Of a stretch of DNA of 64,000 nt, positions 44,870 to 58,310 are shown piece after piece (position 1 is the first letter of the stretch; every line of letters begins with the position of its first letter). Made by a program: the position numbers and the translations under genes. The notes under the pieces were generated by a model. That model was not told the DNA's origin and did not search any database. It worked only from the letters and a program-made list of their open reading frames with translations. The stretch lies in NCBI GenBank assembly GCA_047967505.1, contig CM106538.1; one strand, 5' to 3'. The DNA comes from Dipteris shenzhenensis (taxonomy: Eukaryota).

Positions 44870-47800
44870 TTGGCTCCTTGGTGTTTTTATGAAATATCAT
44901 AAATACTCTAGATGAGGAAGCGTGAGCCACTCATCTAGGGGGGAGATTGTACCCAGTCTGCTGTTGTTTTTGTGGTGTGATTGTGTTCTTCTTCTCCAAG
45001 TGATTAAGTGGTGAATTTGTGTGAAAAGAATTACCTTTTGGTTTCAGTGGTATCATAGCTTTGGTGACGCTCTTGTGGTGGAGAAAGAAAAGAGAATATC
45101 CCTCGTGTGAAAATTGAAAGGAAGAACGGTCCTATGGAGTGTGGAAGATTCAAGAGGACTACCTGACTCATGTGCAGAATCAGAGCTCGTGGGGACAGCA
45201 AGCTTTTATCAAGGGACATACCCATGCATGTGTTATGGAACCCCATTGGCTACACCGTATTCAAAGCTTTGTAGCTCTAAGGGACTCTAAAGATCCCTTA
45301 ATTTTTAAAAAAAACTAAAGGCTCACTTAGTCTTGGGTGAATACGCTATGAAGTCTGCACCAAGCTACGCACAGGCTACAGTTGCAATAAAGATTAATTC
45401 CCCTCGGTTGCCTAAGCTTATATTCATCTGACTTTGATGTGCGTAGGCTCATCTACTGCGCCAAGACCCCAGTAGTCTTTTGAATACTGCAACAAGGGCC
45501 ATGAATGACCCTCCTCTCTGCCTCAAGCACCAAAGAACTCTACCCATCGCATCCAACCCTCCATAATCTGTGCAACAGCCATCTTTTGGCAACCTCAAGA
45601 CTCAGGAGTCTCTTCTTTATTTGTGCGCCCGCCGTCTGCGGTGTGCAGACCTACAGTCAAAGGTAGTCGACCACGTGCAAACTTACGTAGTCCCACGGGC
45701 AGTAGCAATCTGAGTCCAAAGAGCAAGATCCAAGGAAATGAGTGCGATCGTTGCCGCCTCTCTCAAAGTTTTCCATCTTAGCCTCTGGTCCTCGGGCCTT
45801 AATTATTGCCGATAAGAGGCATTTGGTAGATCCCATCGCGCCACCATCTGCATCGTTATTTTTTTCCTAACCTTGCATCAAAGGTTCAAAGGCCTTTTAT
45901 TTTTATTTTATTTTTTTTAAAGAAAAAAAGAAAGATGAAGAGGAGAATGCAACAAGCTACGAGGCTCCTATAGGCAATCAGAGCTCAAGGCGAAGACCAA
46001 AGCAAAATCTGAGAAAGCTCGAATCAAGAAGGCGATTGGAACCATGAATCACCGAGCAATTAATTGGAGATTAGTCAAGTGCAAAGAAGACTACGAGCGA
46101 CATCATCGGTCACATATCTCCCACTCTAGTCCTTTTTACCTCCGATCAAAGAGCGAGATAAGTGATTTCTTTTGCTTTATATTTCATTCACTTAGTATCT
46201 TCCGCCATCCATTTCTTACCATACACTTGAGTCACATTTTTCTTTCATCCGTTTAAATTTTCATACACTTAGTATCCTTATTTTTCTCCGCTCCACTTTA
46301 TTTGTATTTATCGCAACTATCATGGCGCATCAACCACAACCACCCATGCTCCAAGAGCAACTAGATGCACTTCAAGCACAGTTGGCCAATGAGCATGAGC
46401 ATAGGGAGAGATTGGAAGAGAAAATCAATGGTAAAAAAAGGAAGAGGCATTCATCTGATGATGAGTCATCCGACGATGATTCTAACAATGATCCTATTAT
46501 TAGGACAGTCAAAGCCACACTGAGAGCACAAAATTTGAGAAAAATAGTAAGATAAGTAGAAAAGCTTTCTCATTTCAAAATTTTGATGGAAAGAATGAAG
46601 CACGCACTGTCTTGTCTTGGATCAGTCAGCTAGATGATTATTTTTCAGGGGAGAAATTCTCTGAAAAAGACAAGATTAAATGTGCTGCAAATCATTTAGT
46701 AGACAGTGCTGCACTTTGGTGGAACATCACTAAGCACAGTAAAAGGCGACCAAAATCTTGGAAGTCTTTTCAAAAGCTCATCAAGAGAGATTTTCTTCCC
46801 TCACATTTCAAAGCAAAAGCTAGACAACAGTGGGATACTTTCAGGCAGTTCGATAAGGAAACGATCTCCACATATACTGATAGATTTTGACAAACGTTGA
46901 ATCATGTCTATGAAGAGGCTCCATTGATTGTTGATGAAGAAGAAATTCTAGAACCTGAATGCATTATTGATCATCAACAGACCTCGACCCGAAAAGAAAA
47001 TGTCTATATTAAATACTTGCTCAAATTGAATAATCATCCGAGAGATGATGCTCAGTGGATGCTTGAGTGGGATGCTTGAGTGGTTCTTTCGAACTTTTCC
47101 AGACCTCATTAGTTCCTATAATCAAACACGCAACTGAGGTCACAGTTGCAATCCAAGCAAGAGGGATGTTACGAAAATTATATTTCTGATATATCTTGCT
47201 CTAGATATTATTATTTTAGTCAAGTGTGACTATGGCAAAGTACTCCATAGGAGCGCACCGGATGCGACGGGGGTCCTAGTGGATACTTTGTGTGGTTAGT
47301 TGGGGACGCCTAACTAGCTTGTGTTTTGCCATGCTAGATGGTCAGTATTGTGGGTGATTCCATGTTAATATTGATGTCGCTAGTGTTATTGGTGTTGTGC
47401 TTGATTATTGTGCTTTGAGCATGGTCATGTTGGGATCAGTTGATTCGATGATTCGTTCAATTGATTGTTAATAACTAATGTAATTGGCGGCTTGAGTACA
47501 GGTGATGGAACTCATAGTGAGGATTGGAGTTAGTGTGAGGGTACCGTGATCAAGGTGTCGCACAGAGCATTATATATGGCCATGGGCCAATTTTGCATTT
47601 GCTTTATTATTGCAAGTTTTGAGCAATATATTTTGTAGTGGACATAATTCGTTTTTGGGCCCTAAGATGGCTATGTAAAGCAAATCCCTCATTTTGGAAG
47701 AGGGGGGTAATTTTGGCTCCTTGGTGTTTTTATGAAATATCATAAATACTCTAGATGAGGAAGCGTGAGCCACTCATCTAGGGGGGGAGATTGTACCCAG

Positions 47801-47890
47801 TCTGTTGTCGTTTTCATGGTGTGATTGTGTTCTTCTTCTCCAATTGATTAAGTGGTGAATTTGTGTGAAAAGAATTACCTTTTGGTTTCA
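44870..47890 (+). mobile_element. Internally deleted chromovirus-type Ty3/gypsy element B
   Basis: Truncated 5' LTR 44870-45046; PBS tggtatcatagc 45048-45059; gag 46322-46890 (SWISQLDDYF...SAALWW...W..FQKLIKRDF); chromodomain 46897-47079 (EPECIIDH...KYLLKL..HPRDDAQW); PPT aagaggga; 3' LTR 47167-47890. Confidence 0.9.
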
Positions 47891-47944
47891 AAACATCTCT
47901 ATGTAAAAGTGATGCCTGTGTGACCACATTACATTGAACGAAAT

Positions 47945-48095
47945 TGTTAGATATCAATGCTCCACTCCAACTACACAGGAACCAGCTAACTCTACTTGTA
48001 AGCCCCCCATATGAGGAGAAGGCATTTGAGTAGCTCGGTTATCCGGTAGGTCCTGGTTTGGACACCAGATGGGGGCCATGTGTGGCTTGATGGCT
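47945..48095 (+). mobile_element. Inverted partial copy of the copia A LTR 5' end
   Basis: tgttagatatcaatgctccactc...tgatggct is the reverse complement of ~43226-43384. Confidence 0.9.
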
Positions 48096-48380
48096 TTTCT
48101 TATATACTTTGATCCTCCTTGATCTTTATGCTCATTGAGTGTTATACTAGGCTAAGTGGTGATCCTTCTTGAGTGCTGCCTACTTTGTGTCGCTTCCTTT
48201 ATGGCTTTTCTTATATGATTTGATCCTACAAGATCTTTATGCTCATTGAGTGTTAGACTAGGCTTAGTGGTGATCCTTCCAAGATTTTGACATGGTATCA
48301 AAGCTGTGGTTATCCAATATGTCTAGGCTTGTAGATTAGTGTGTTTGCATATAGTTATTACTCATTTTGGGTGTGATTAG
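48096..48380 (+). mobile_element. Remnant of a further LTR element (LTR 3' end plus PBS), interrupted by copia D
   Basis: ...ttttgaCA at 48292 immediately followed by tggtatcaaagc; internal ~110-bp tandem duplication. Confidence 0.65.
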
Positions 48381-51300
48381 TGTGGGAGTTAAAGACCACT
48401 ATCCCTTAACCCCGGTTATGTACAATACTCAAACACACACACACACATATATATATATGACATAGAAGATTAGGGTGTTCTAAACCCACCAAAACTTGTG
48501 TGGTTCTCCCTTCTAGCTTTCCCTCTCTCTCACCTTCTTCCATTCCGCTTTTGTTGTTGAGATCTCTCAAGTGGTATCAAAGCTTGGGTGTTTTAGCTGA
48601 GCCAGGGTGTGTGAGCCAAGAGCTTAAAGTCTACTTATTGCAGCTCTGTAAGAGGAAGGAGAAACTCTGTTGGGTGACTTTACCTACATCCCGGTGTGTA
48701 GAGACCTTGCAGAAACCTTTGGAAAGTTCTCTGAGTGGTTTTGGAGCAAAAAGACATTTTTTCAAGATTTCCCTATTCCTTTTGATGGATTGAGAGTCCG
48801 AAATGACTTGCAGAGAAATCCATTGCCTACTTTTGGTGTCCATTGCACTTCGGGAGTTTGAAAACCCCTTCATTAATGAATTTGGGATCATTTCATTGGA
48901 TTTCTAACTCAGTGTCTCTCTCCTATCTCTACTTCAATGTTTTTCTACTAGCATGTTGGAACTCAAGTTTGAAGCAACCATTTGCAGATTTGTTAGATTT
49001 GGTGGACTCAGGAGGTCCTAAAACTTCTATGTTGCTCATCATTCACACTCTGGTAATGTTTACAAATAGATCTATTTGTAAAAACGTCTTTTGGTCCGTG
49101 TGTTGGACCCGGTGATTGGGACCACAGTTTCTAAAACCGTCTATTCCATTGTGTTTCAGAGGCCCAAAAACCCCTACATGACAGCTCTTGTGCGATTCTG
49201 TGGAGATTTGGAAAAGTTTCATCTCTCTAAGACGTCAAATCATCTGTTTCTCTGTCAAAAATCCATTCAAAGGTTCAAACCTTTGATTTTTATATTATAG
49301 GTCAATTGCAAGGGTTGACTCCATGTTTCCCATTCATCGGTTGGGATTTTGGAGTTCCAACAGAAGAGAGAGATTTGTGGATTTTCTTGTTGAGTCTGAT
49401 TATGTAGAGATGCCCATGTTTTGAGGCATCTCAAGTCCTATTTTCAGTAGTAGTCATTGCCATGGGGCCATGATTTTTGGAACATATTTTATGCAGATCA
49501 CTCTTGTTGCTTGATCCATGTGCGCTCATTTGTGATTTGTATTGGGTTGTACTGGATGCTTTACAAGCCATTTGGATGCATTGTGATCGTTGTTGGATGC
49601 GCTGATAGGCACAGATTGCCTTATGGGATGCTTTATTGATGATGGGCATTTAGCACACAGATGCTATATTATGTTGAGGGATAGCTTTGACAAATTGTAG
49701 TTGATGCACTGATAGTGCTATGCTCTCTTAGATGAGACATTATTTATGCTTATGCCCATGGTTAGTGTTTATGCTTGAGGCATTTGGCTCTTATTGGCAT
49801 TGGGTTTGCCATTGTTTTGTCATTGTAGGTTGAGATTTTCTTTGGTGCATAGTATATGCACATCAGACAGATGCATTTTGATGCTTTGAGCCTTGAGTTT
49901 TGGTGACACTATCCTCCATGAAGGCAGACATATTTGGGCACACTTGGTATTTTGTGCGATTTCTCTCTTGCAAGTACTAGCATTTGGAATTTTGCTTTAT
50001 TTGCATCATGGCATCCTCTTCCATGTCTGAAAAGGAGTTTTTCAGCATTTAAAAGTTTGATGGGACAAACTTTTCTTTGTGGAAAGAACAGATAAGGGAT
50101 GTGCTTATTCAAAAGAAGGAGATTACATCCTTGGCAAGGATTGAATCTAAGCCTACAGATATGTCTGAGGATGATTGGAATGAGTTGGATGCATTAGCAA
50201 AGTGTACTGTTACACTTTATCTTGCAAAGTAAGTATATTTCACGGTAGTAAAAATGAGCAGACTACGGAAGATTTGTGGAAGAAATTATCTGCCACTTAT
50301 GAGAAGGAAACTGCCTCTAATAAAGTTTACCTCATGAAGAGGTTGTTTGAGCTGCAGATGAAGGAAGAGGTCTCCATTTCTTCTCACTTGAAAGAATTCA
50401 ATATTATTTTCAGCCACCTTCAAGCTCAGAAGATGAATTTTGATGCGAAGACTAAGGCAATATTCCTCTTATCTTCATTGCTATCCTCATGAGATACCTT
50501 TCATACAGCTGTCGGTAACTGTGCACCTAGTGGAGTACTGAAGTTTGATGATGTTGTGGGTAGCTTATTGGCCGAGGAGATTAGATGAAAGTCTATCGAT
50601 GGCAACAAATAGGATGCAACCTTAAATGTGCAAAGGAGCATATCAGAGTTTGGGGGGAAGTCTCAAGAAAGATGGAAGTCTTGTAGCAAATTTAGGGCAC
50701 AAAACATTGAGTGTTGCCATTGTGGCAAGAAGGGCCACATGAAAAAGGATTGCTACAAGCTGAAAAGAGAGCAAAAGGATAAGAAAAAGAATGCAAATTG
50801 GGGTGCAAATAAGAAGGAAGAGAGTCCCAAGGAGGACAAAGGAAAAATGAAGATCGAAAAGATTAATGTAGTCATTGATATTAGTAACAATGACATTCTC
50901 TTTATGTCTATTCTACCTCCAGACTTGCTTACCACTTCAAATGATGCATATTCCTAGGATTGGATTTTGGTTTCTGGTGCTTAATTCCATGTTACTCCCC
51001 ATAGGGAATGGTTCTCCACTTCTGATAGTGGAAAAACACGTTGTGTGCATCTTGGAAATAGCTATGCATGTGACATAGTGGGAGCAGGTGACATAAAGTT
51101 TTCTCTTGCAAATGGGTCTAGATTTGTTTTAAAAAATATGAGACATGTGCCTAAGCTGACCAAGAGTCTCATTTCAGTGGGTCAACTAGATGATGTTGGT
51201 TTTCAGACCACCTTTGGCTTTCAAAGTTGGAAAATTCAGAAGGGCTCTATGGTTTTGGCAAGGGGTGCCAAGTGTGGGACATTGTATCCCTTACATGTAT

Positions 51301-54300
51301 CATGGGTGTCTAATCATGTTGTTGCAACAACCGAGCAGCCAAGTACTTCTTTGTGGCATTGCCAGTTGGGGCACATGAGCTAGAATGGAATGAAACTCTT
51401 ATGCCATTTGGGTTATGTACTACATTTGAGTTTTTTTGACTTTGAATTTTGTGAGCATTGTCTCTATGGGAAGCAAACTAAATCAGCCCATAAAAGAAGG
51501 GGAAAGAAAGAGCTTGAAAGTCTTGATTTGGTGCATTCAACCATATGTGGTCCCATCATTGCGCCTACACGGTCATTAGACGGGGCTGTTGCATACTATG
51601 TGACATTCATTGATGATGCAACTAGGAAAATGTGGGCTTATGCTATAGCTTGAAAGAGTGATGTGTTCCAAGTATTTCAGAAATGGTTGGCTTTAGTTGA
51701 AAAGCAATCAGGTAGAACACCTAAATGCCTACGGACGGGATGGACAATGGTGGAGAGTATCTCTCTCATGACTTTCAACATTTTTCTGATACACGTGGGA
51801 TCAAGAGGGAGCTCACATCCCCTCGTACTCTAGAGCAAAATCTAGTTGCAAAACAGATGAACCGCACCATTCAGAAAAGGTTGCAATGTATGCTTTCCGA
51901 TGCAAGTCTTTCAGGTGGTTTTTGAGCTGAGGCAATGAAGACTGCAGTGCATGTGATCAATAGTGTTAGACATCAATGCTCCACTCTCGTGTAACTATGC
52001 AGGAACTAGCTAACTCTACTTGTAAGCCCCCCATATGAGGAGAAGGCATTTGAGTAGCTCGGTTATCCGGTAGGTCTTGGTTTGGGCACCAGATGGGAGC
52101 CATGTGTGGCCTGATGCCTAGATGGAGTTGGCACACTGCCAACTAGGCTACATGCAAGTGCGGGAAGGCATCCCATGACTGACTGCACTGAGGGTAGACA
52201 GAGCATTTCCTGGGGTAGCCCACTCTCGGGTTGCGGGGCCCACTTGGAGCCCCAGATGTTCTCGAATGGCTCTAGGCCGAACAACGATCGTAGGTCAGTT
52301 GCTCTATTTTGCGCACCAGTTCTATCGTGTGGTCGGTGGCCTATATTTCGGGACCAACCCCCAATTGGCCAGTTTGGGCAGACTGGGTCGGTCACCAAAT
52401 TGGGTCTAACCGACTACGACTGGTGGCTATATAAGAGCAAGCCCGTGGAGCCCATTTCATCACTGGCTACAGCGACCCTGATTCCTTAGCATGCAGCCTC
52501 CGTCCTCTACTGTTTCCAGCTTGCCATCAAAGCTTCTTTCATAGGAGCACACGGTTGGGAGGCAACGCCATCTATTGTATCAGTTCTATAGTAATCAAAT
52601 TGTTCATTCTCCATACTATCTATTTTCTCTCTTTCGTACGAGATCCTATTATCTGTTGAGCATAGACGTTGTTTTATTTTCTAACAAATAGATCACCTAG
52701 TAAGAGTTTGGATGGTGGTATTCTTGAAGAGGCACGGAGTGGTAAGAAGCCCTCTTACTCTCATTTATGCATATTTGTACTCCCACTTGCACTGATCCTC
52801 GCGGATCATAGCGTCCCTATAGCAAGAAGGCTCCCCGCAATCAAAAGTATCACATAGACAACCCCTAGAACAAATCTCTTTGGAGGTCTAGACACTCTAA
52901 CTGATCTTCTCATGGGCATTTCAGCTCGTTGTCCCACCTGCAAATCAGCCACATTTGGCTCATCATTTCCACCAATAGATGATCCATCATCTGCCCTTGA
53001 TTGTATACCTGTAGGAGCACCTGGTGGCACCATTTCCTACACATTCGATGCATGGAGAGCTTGCTATCTATCAACATATGCAGGTGGATTCACATCTTGG
53101 AAAGTGATTCTCCTCATTTCCACATCCCTCATGGGTTTCTTATGCATCTTCTTCTCATTGAAGACCACATCATGGCTTCGTATGATCTTCTTTGCTTCTG
53201 GATCCCAGAGACGATAGCCCATCTCTCCACTTTCACCATAACCCAAAAAGATGCATTTCTTAGACTTAGGATCTAGCTTCTTCGAAAGCTATTTTGGCAC
53301 ATGTGCATATGCCTCATTATGCAATCAGAGATGGATTCACTCATGAAAAATAAGACTTGGGACTTGATTTCTTTGACACATCAAAAGAAAGCATTGCCAT
53401 GTAAATGGGTCTACAAGATGAAGGTCACAGGTGATGATATGCCTAAGTACAAGGCCCATTTGGTTGCTGCTAAAGAGTTCAAGCAAGAGAGGGGTGTGGA
53501 CTTTGATGAAAACTTCTCTCCAATTGTGAAGATGACCACACTTAGATGCATACTTGGACTTGTGGTAGCAGAGGATATGGAGCTTATGCAAATGGATGTC
53601 AAGATAGCTTTTTTGCATGTAGATCTACATGAGGAAATTTACATAATACAGTCGAAAGGCTTTGAAGAAAAGGGCAAAGAAATTTTGGTTTGCAAGGTGA
53701 AAAAGAGTCTTTATGGCCTTAAGCAAGCACCTAGAGAATGATATCAGAAGTTTGATGCTTTCATTCAGTCCCACGGTTTTAGAAAAAAGTGATCACTAAC
53801 TCTATACTAAAAGGGCTAAGGATAATAGCCTCATAATCCTAGCACTTTATGTGGATGATGTGCTATTGGCTAGCAAGAACACTTATGAGCTGGATGCATT
53901 AAAGTCCAAGTTGCATGAGCCTTTGACATGAAGGATTTGGGACCTGCAGATCATATTCTTGGTATGCGCATCATGCATGACTAGCGTAGGAAACTCCTTT
54001 GGCTTTCATAGGAGTATGTTACAAAAGTATTGCAGTGTTTCAATATGGAGGGGGGGAAGGCAATAAGTACTCCATTGCCTCCATATGTGAAACTGAGTCA
54101 GGCAAATAGTCCCAACTTAGATGAGGAGAGGGCCATGATGGACAAGGTTCCTTGTGCGCATCAACAGTTGGGAGTCTTATGTATGTTATGACAGCTACTA
54201 GACTAGACATTGCATTTGTAGTGGGAGTTTTTAGCCAGTATATGGCTAATCCAAGAAAGAGGCATTGGGAGGTAGTCAAGTGCATCATGAGGTACATCAA

Positions 54301-55026
54301 GGGTACCAAGGAGATGTGCGTCTGCTTTGGCAGAGGAGAGATGTGTGTACTTGGGTACACAGATTCAGACAATGCATGTGGATAGTAGGAGATCCACCAC
54401 TTCCACCTTTGTAGGTGGTGTAGTGTCATGGATGTCTCACGCATAGAAGTGCATTTCTTTGTCTACTATAGAGACTGAGTATGTTGCAGCCACAGAGAGT
54501 TATAAGGAGGCTATATGGCTTGATCAGCTAGTGGGAGATTTAGAGATCCATACAGGTGTACCGACATTGCGTGATTCCATGAGTGCTATTCAACTAGCAT
54601 AGAATCCAATCTTTCATGCAAAGGCTAAACACATTGAGGTCAGGTACTACTTCATCAGGGAGGTACTTGAGGACAAGTGTGTAGAGCTTGTCAAGGTTCA
54701 TACAGATGATAACCTTGCAGATATGTTGACGAAGAGTCTACCTAGTCAATAGTTTGAATATTGTCAGGTATTGATGGGCATCAGATAGTATGTCCACTCT
54801 CTTCAAGGCACATTTTCCTTTAAGTGGGAGGTTGTGGGGGTTAAAGACCACTGTGCCTTAACCCCAATTATGTATAATACTCAAACATATATATATATAT
54901 ATATATATTATGGATGACATAGAAGATTAGGGTCTTTTGCACCCACCAAAACTTGTGTGGCTCTCCCTTGTGGTCCTCCCTCTTTCTCACCTTCTTCCAT
55001 TCTGCTTCCATTGTTGAGATCTTTCA
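48381..55026 (+). mobile_element. Full-length degenerate Ty1/copia element D with short LTRs
   Basis: LTRs 48381-48569 and 54833-55026; TSD ATTAG (48376-48380, 55027-55031); PBS tggtatcaaagc at 48572; PPT aagtgggagg. gag-pol spans ~50008-54788 (CCHCGKKGHMKKDC, LWHCQLGH, LDLVHS, QMDVK, LGYTDSD) with many stops. Confidence 0.95.
51964..52686 (+). mobile_element. Solo LTR of the copia A family inserted in the integrase region of copia D
   Basis: TGTTAGA...CTAACA, homologous to the reverse complement of 42595-43384; TSD AATAG (51959-51963, 52687-52691). Confidence 0.95.
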
Positions 55027-56789
55027 ATTAGTTGAGAAGAAAATAATGGCACACTCATCATCTTTAGGGAGATATATTTCCAAAGATTTTTTCCATGAGA
55101 GAAATAGATAGGTCTATTCTAAGCGTGTGTGTGCTTTCTAAGAGGAAAAGAATGTCACAAAGAAGAGCAACGATGAGTTTGACTTCTACAATAAGATTTT
55201 AGCGATTCAAAATAAGCAAAGATGCAGCCGACTCCTACAATGACTACATAGCAGCACTTCAAGTTTCAACACAATAGAAGAGCACTATAGCAATTCTAGC
55301 AACAAGCAGCAGCACACAAACAACTACGACAAACAAAAGGGCTCACGCTAGATGTTGAGGATCCATTGCAACATCATGCAATCATATGTGCATAGCACTA
55401 ACACAAAAGGGTGCTAAAAGGCACAAGGGTTGAAAACCCTAGCCCTAACCCTAAAGGGGTTTGTATATATTCATTCTTTTAAACTAATTTAGAGTACAGT
55501 TAGTCATTTTTCTATGTTCTCTAGCTATGCCCTCTCTCCTCATCTCCACTCTTCTCCTCTCCATCTCCATATTTTTTCATGGGATCAAAACATGGTTGCA
55601 CCTTTGTTTAAGCCACCATCCTTATGAGAGAGCTTGTGATTGAGAGGTCTTCTTCTTTTTCTTCCGGTGAGAGAAATTTTGTTCATGTGACAGACTTCCA
55701 TTCATTGAGAGCTCATTTCTTTGAAGTTTTCTATTCATTTCATTGTGAGGATTTCCATTGTGAGATAGACTAAGAGTTGCTCATTGAGAGCAATAGAGAC
55801 TTATTGAGAGAGGAGAGTCTTATTTATTCTCTGAGAGAGTATTTTGTGTTTACTTGGGAGATCCCTTTGCTCAAATCTTCCATAGCTGCCTTAGTCTCAT
55901 AGGTAGTAGCTCCATACTATTTTGGAACTGTTCAAACACTCTTGGTTCAAAGTTTCTCTTCCATAGATTGTGAGCTAGTTGGGCAGCTCTATTCCTTGAT
56001 CTCACGAATGTTTGTTACACTTATTTTCATCTTCAGCTTTGACTTGTTTGCACTTGTCCAAGCTTCTCAAAGCATCGACTACGCAAAGCCAATCAATGTG
56101 GCACCATATTGCAAGTCAGCCTCAACAAGAAGTGCAACACAACACCAACTCCCCCTACCGATTCTAACTGACTGACAGTCCCAACGAGGCAAACAAGAAA
56201 ACCACCATGACTCGATGCCAAATTAGCGGCTCACAAAAGCTCATGGAGTGGCACAATGGCTCCTACAAACTCCCAACAATGCCAATGCCATCGAGCCAAC
56301 AAACTTAGTTGTCTCTATAAGCTACTCAAACGAAGCCAACAAGCACATGGCCTAAAGCAAAGCAAGGCAACTTAATGTGGGATGACTAGCAGCAATGTCA
56401 ACTGGCAATACCTACAAGGCAAGACAACAACGAATAGCACACAATTAGACGTGACTCTCTATAGCACCCGCAAGCACACAAGACAGCTACACTATAGCAG
56501 GGCAAGAAACAATAACATCAATGGAACCCTGAACTATGCAGTAACTCCTACTACCAACCTCTACAACCATCTAGCCACAAAGAGTGACTCGGTCTATCTA
56601 CAACTCACAAAGCACAACACAAAGGTAGGACAGCAACAACTAACCCAACTCAAGGCTACTACACACACAAAGCGCCTTCTACAATAGCTATCAAGAACTC
56701 CAACACATGTAATGACTCCGTCAACAACCACAAGGCAACATCACAATGTGCTCTGTCCAAAAGGGCAACACCCAACAATAGTTCCACCT

Positions 56790-58310
56790 ACAATGCAGAC
56801 AAGCATTGCCCAACCACTCCACCGACAAAAAGTCTAACCTGCCAAAATCTATCTGATTTTGACATCATCATAATTCGAAGCAAGAGGATGGATGCTATCA
56901 AAGAGTGACTAGATAACCTAGAGGCATATTCACAATAAGTAGATATTCATGCTCAAGTTGAGAGCTACAGCTTGCCCAGAGTGAGCTAGTCGCGGGGCTT
57001 GAACACATCAAGTATATGGCAACCAAACTATATACCAGAAGACAGTGGGTAGGCAAGCTAGATAGACCAACCAAAGAAACTTTCAAACTCATTTATAGGA
57101 AAAGAGTGGTTGAGGAAATTCCTATGCTTGAAATTGGTGAAAATAGGTGGGCCCACTCAGATGCTGAAAACAATGAGCTTGTTTGCATTCATTTTAGGAA
57201 GTTATTGGCAAGCACTATGCAGATTGATGATGATGCTATGCAGGCTAGAAATAGGTGTCAAACAGCCAGGAAGAAAGTCACCATTGGGCTTGATGTACAA
57301 AATTTGGAGGTCCCCTTACTCTGAAGGAACTCAAAGAAGTTGTTCATGTTATGAAGGATGGCAAGACCCCAAGGGAAGACCTTCCTATTGAGTTCTACAA
57401 ATCCTTTTGGGATTGGGTTGGTCCTGGACTCCTTCAGGTATGGCAAGAAATCCTATCAAGTTGCTCTCTTCCTGATCATGTAAATAGTGGTATAATTAAT
57501 CTTATTCCCAAGGAAGATAGGAAAGACATCATAGAAAATTGGAGACCTTTCACTATGCTTAATTGTAGTTATAAATTTTTGCCAAAGCATTGGCCCTTAG
57601 GATCCAGCATAAGATGGACAGGTGGATCCTATAGGAATAGAAGGGGAAGTGAATATGCCAAAGAATCTAGTTAGGATATTTGCATTATTAAGGTTGATTT
57701 TAATATAGCCTATGACAGACTTGACTGGGATTCTTAATTCAATTATGAGAGACATGGGTTTGGGTCCAACCTATATCTCATATGCTCAAATTTTAGTATC
57801 AAATGTGTCAGCCAAAGTTTGTATCAATGTTGAGATGTCCTCACCTTCCCTTTGAAAAGAACTATTAGACAAGGTTGTCCCATCGCCCCCCTACTTATGC
57901 TATGGCTGCGGATACTCTGGGGTGGCTACTCATTGACAAAACACAAGCTGGTTCACTAAATGATATAGAAATGCCGTTTGGAAAACAACTTGTTATGCAG
58001 AAATTTATTGACAATGCTAATCTCATGCCTAGGAACTCCCCCCAAGATGTTCGTCAAGTTTTGAAGTGTTTGTAAATTTTTTGTACAGCGTCTGGTTCTC
58101 AAATAAATCATAGCAAAAATGGTTCTTGCACACTCAGTGGGAAGCTGCAAGAGGAACTACAACACCTAGGATGTTAGTTGATCCCTAAAGGAACTATTTT
58201 CAGACTATTAGGCATCCCCATGGGTTTTGACGTCTCCATGAAGGATCAATGGGAATGGGTCCTAAATAGGTCTAGTTACAAACTAGAGAAGTGGAGATGC
58301 TTTCAGGCTA
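56790..58310 (+). mobile_element. Degenerate L1-clade LINE ORF2 (RT) fragment
   Basis: RRQWVGKLDRPTKETF; GKTP..D.LPIEFYKSFW; LIPK...NWRPFTMLNCSYK; KVDFNIAYD; IRQGCP; FRLLGIP. Confidence 0.9.

Noticed and set aside
55410-55940. LTR-like composition (aaaccctag, TATA-like, GA/CT-rich)
   Set aside because: No partner LTR, PBS/PPT or TSD could be identified.
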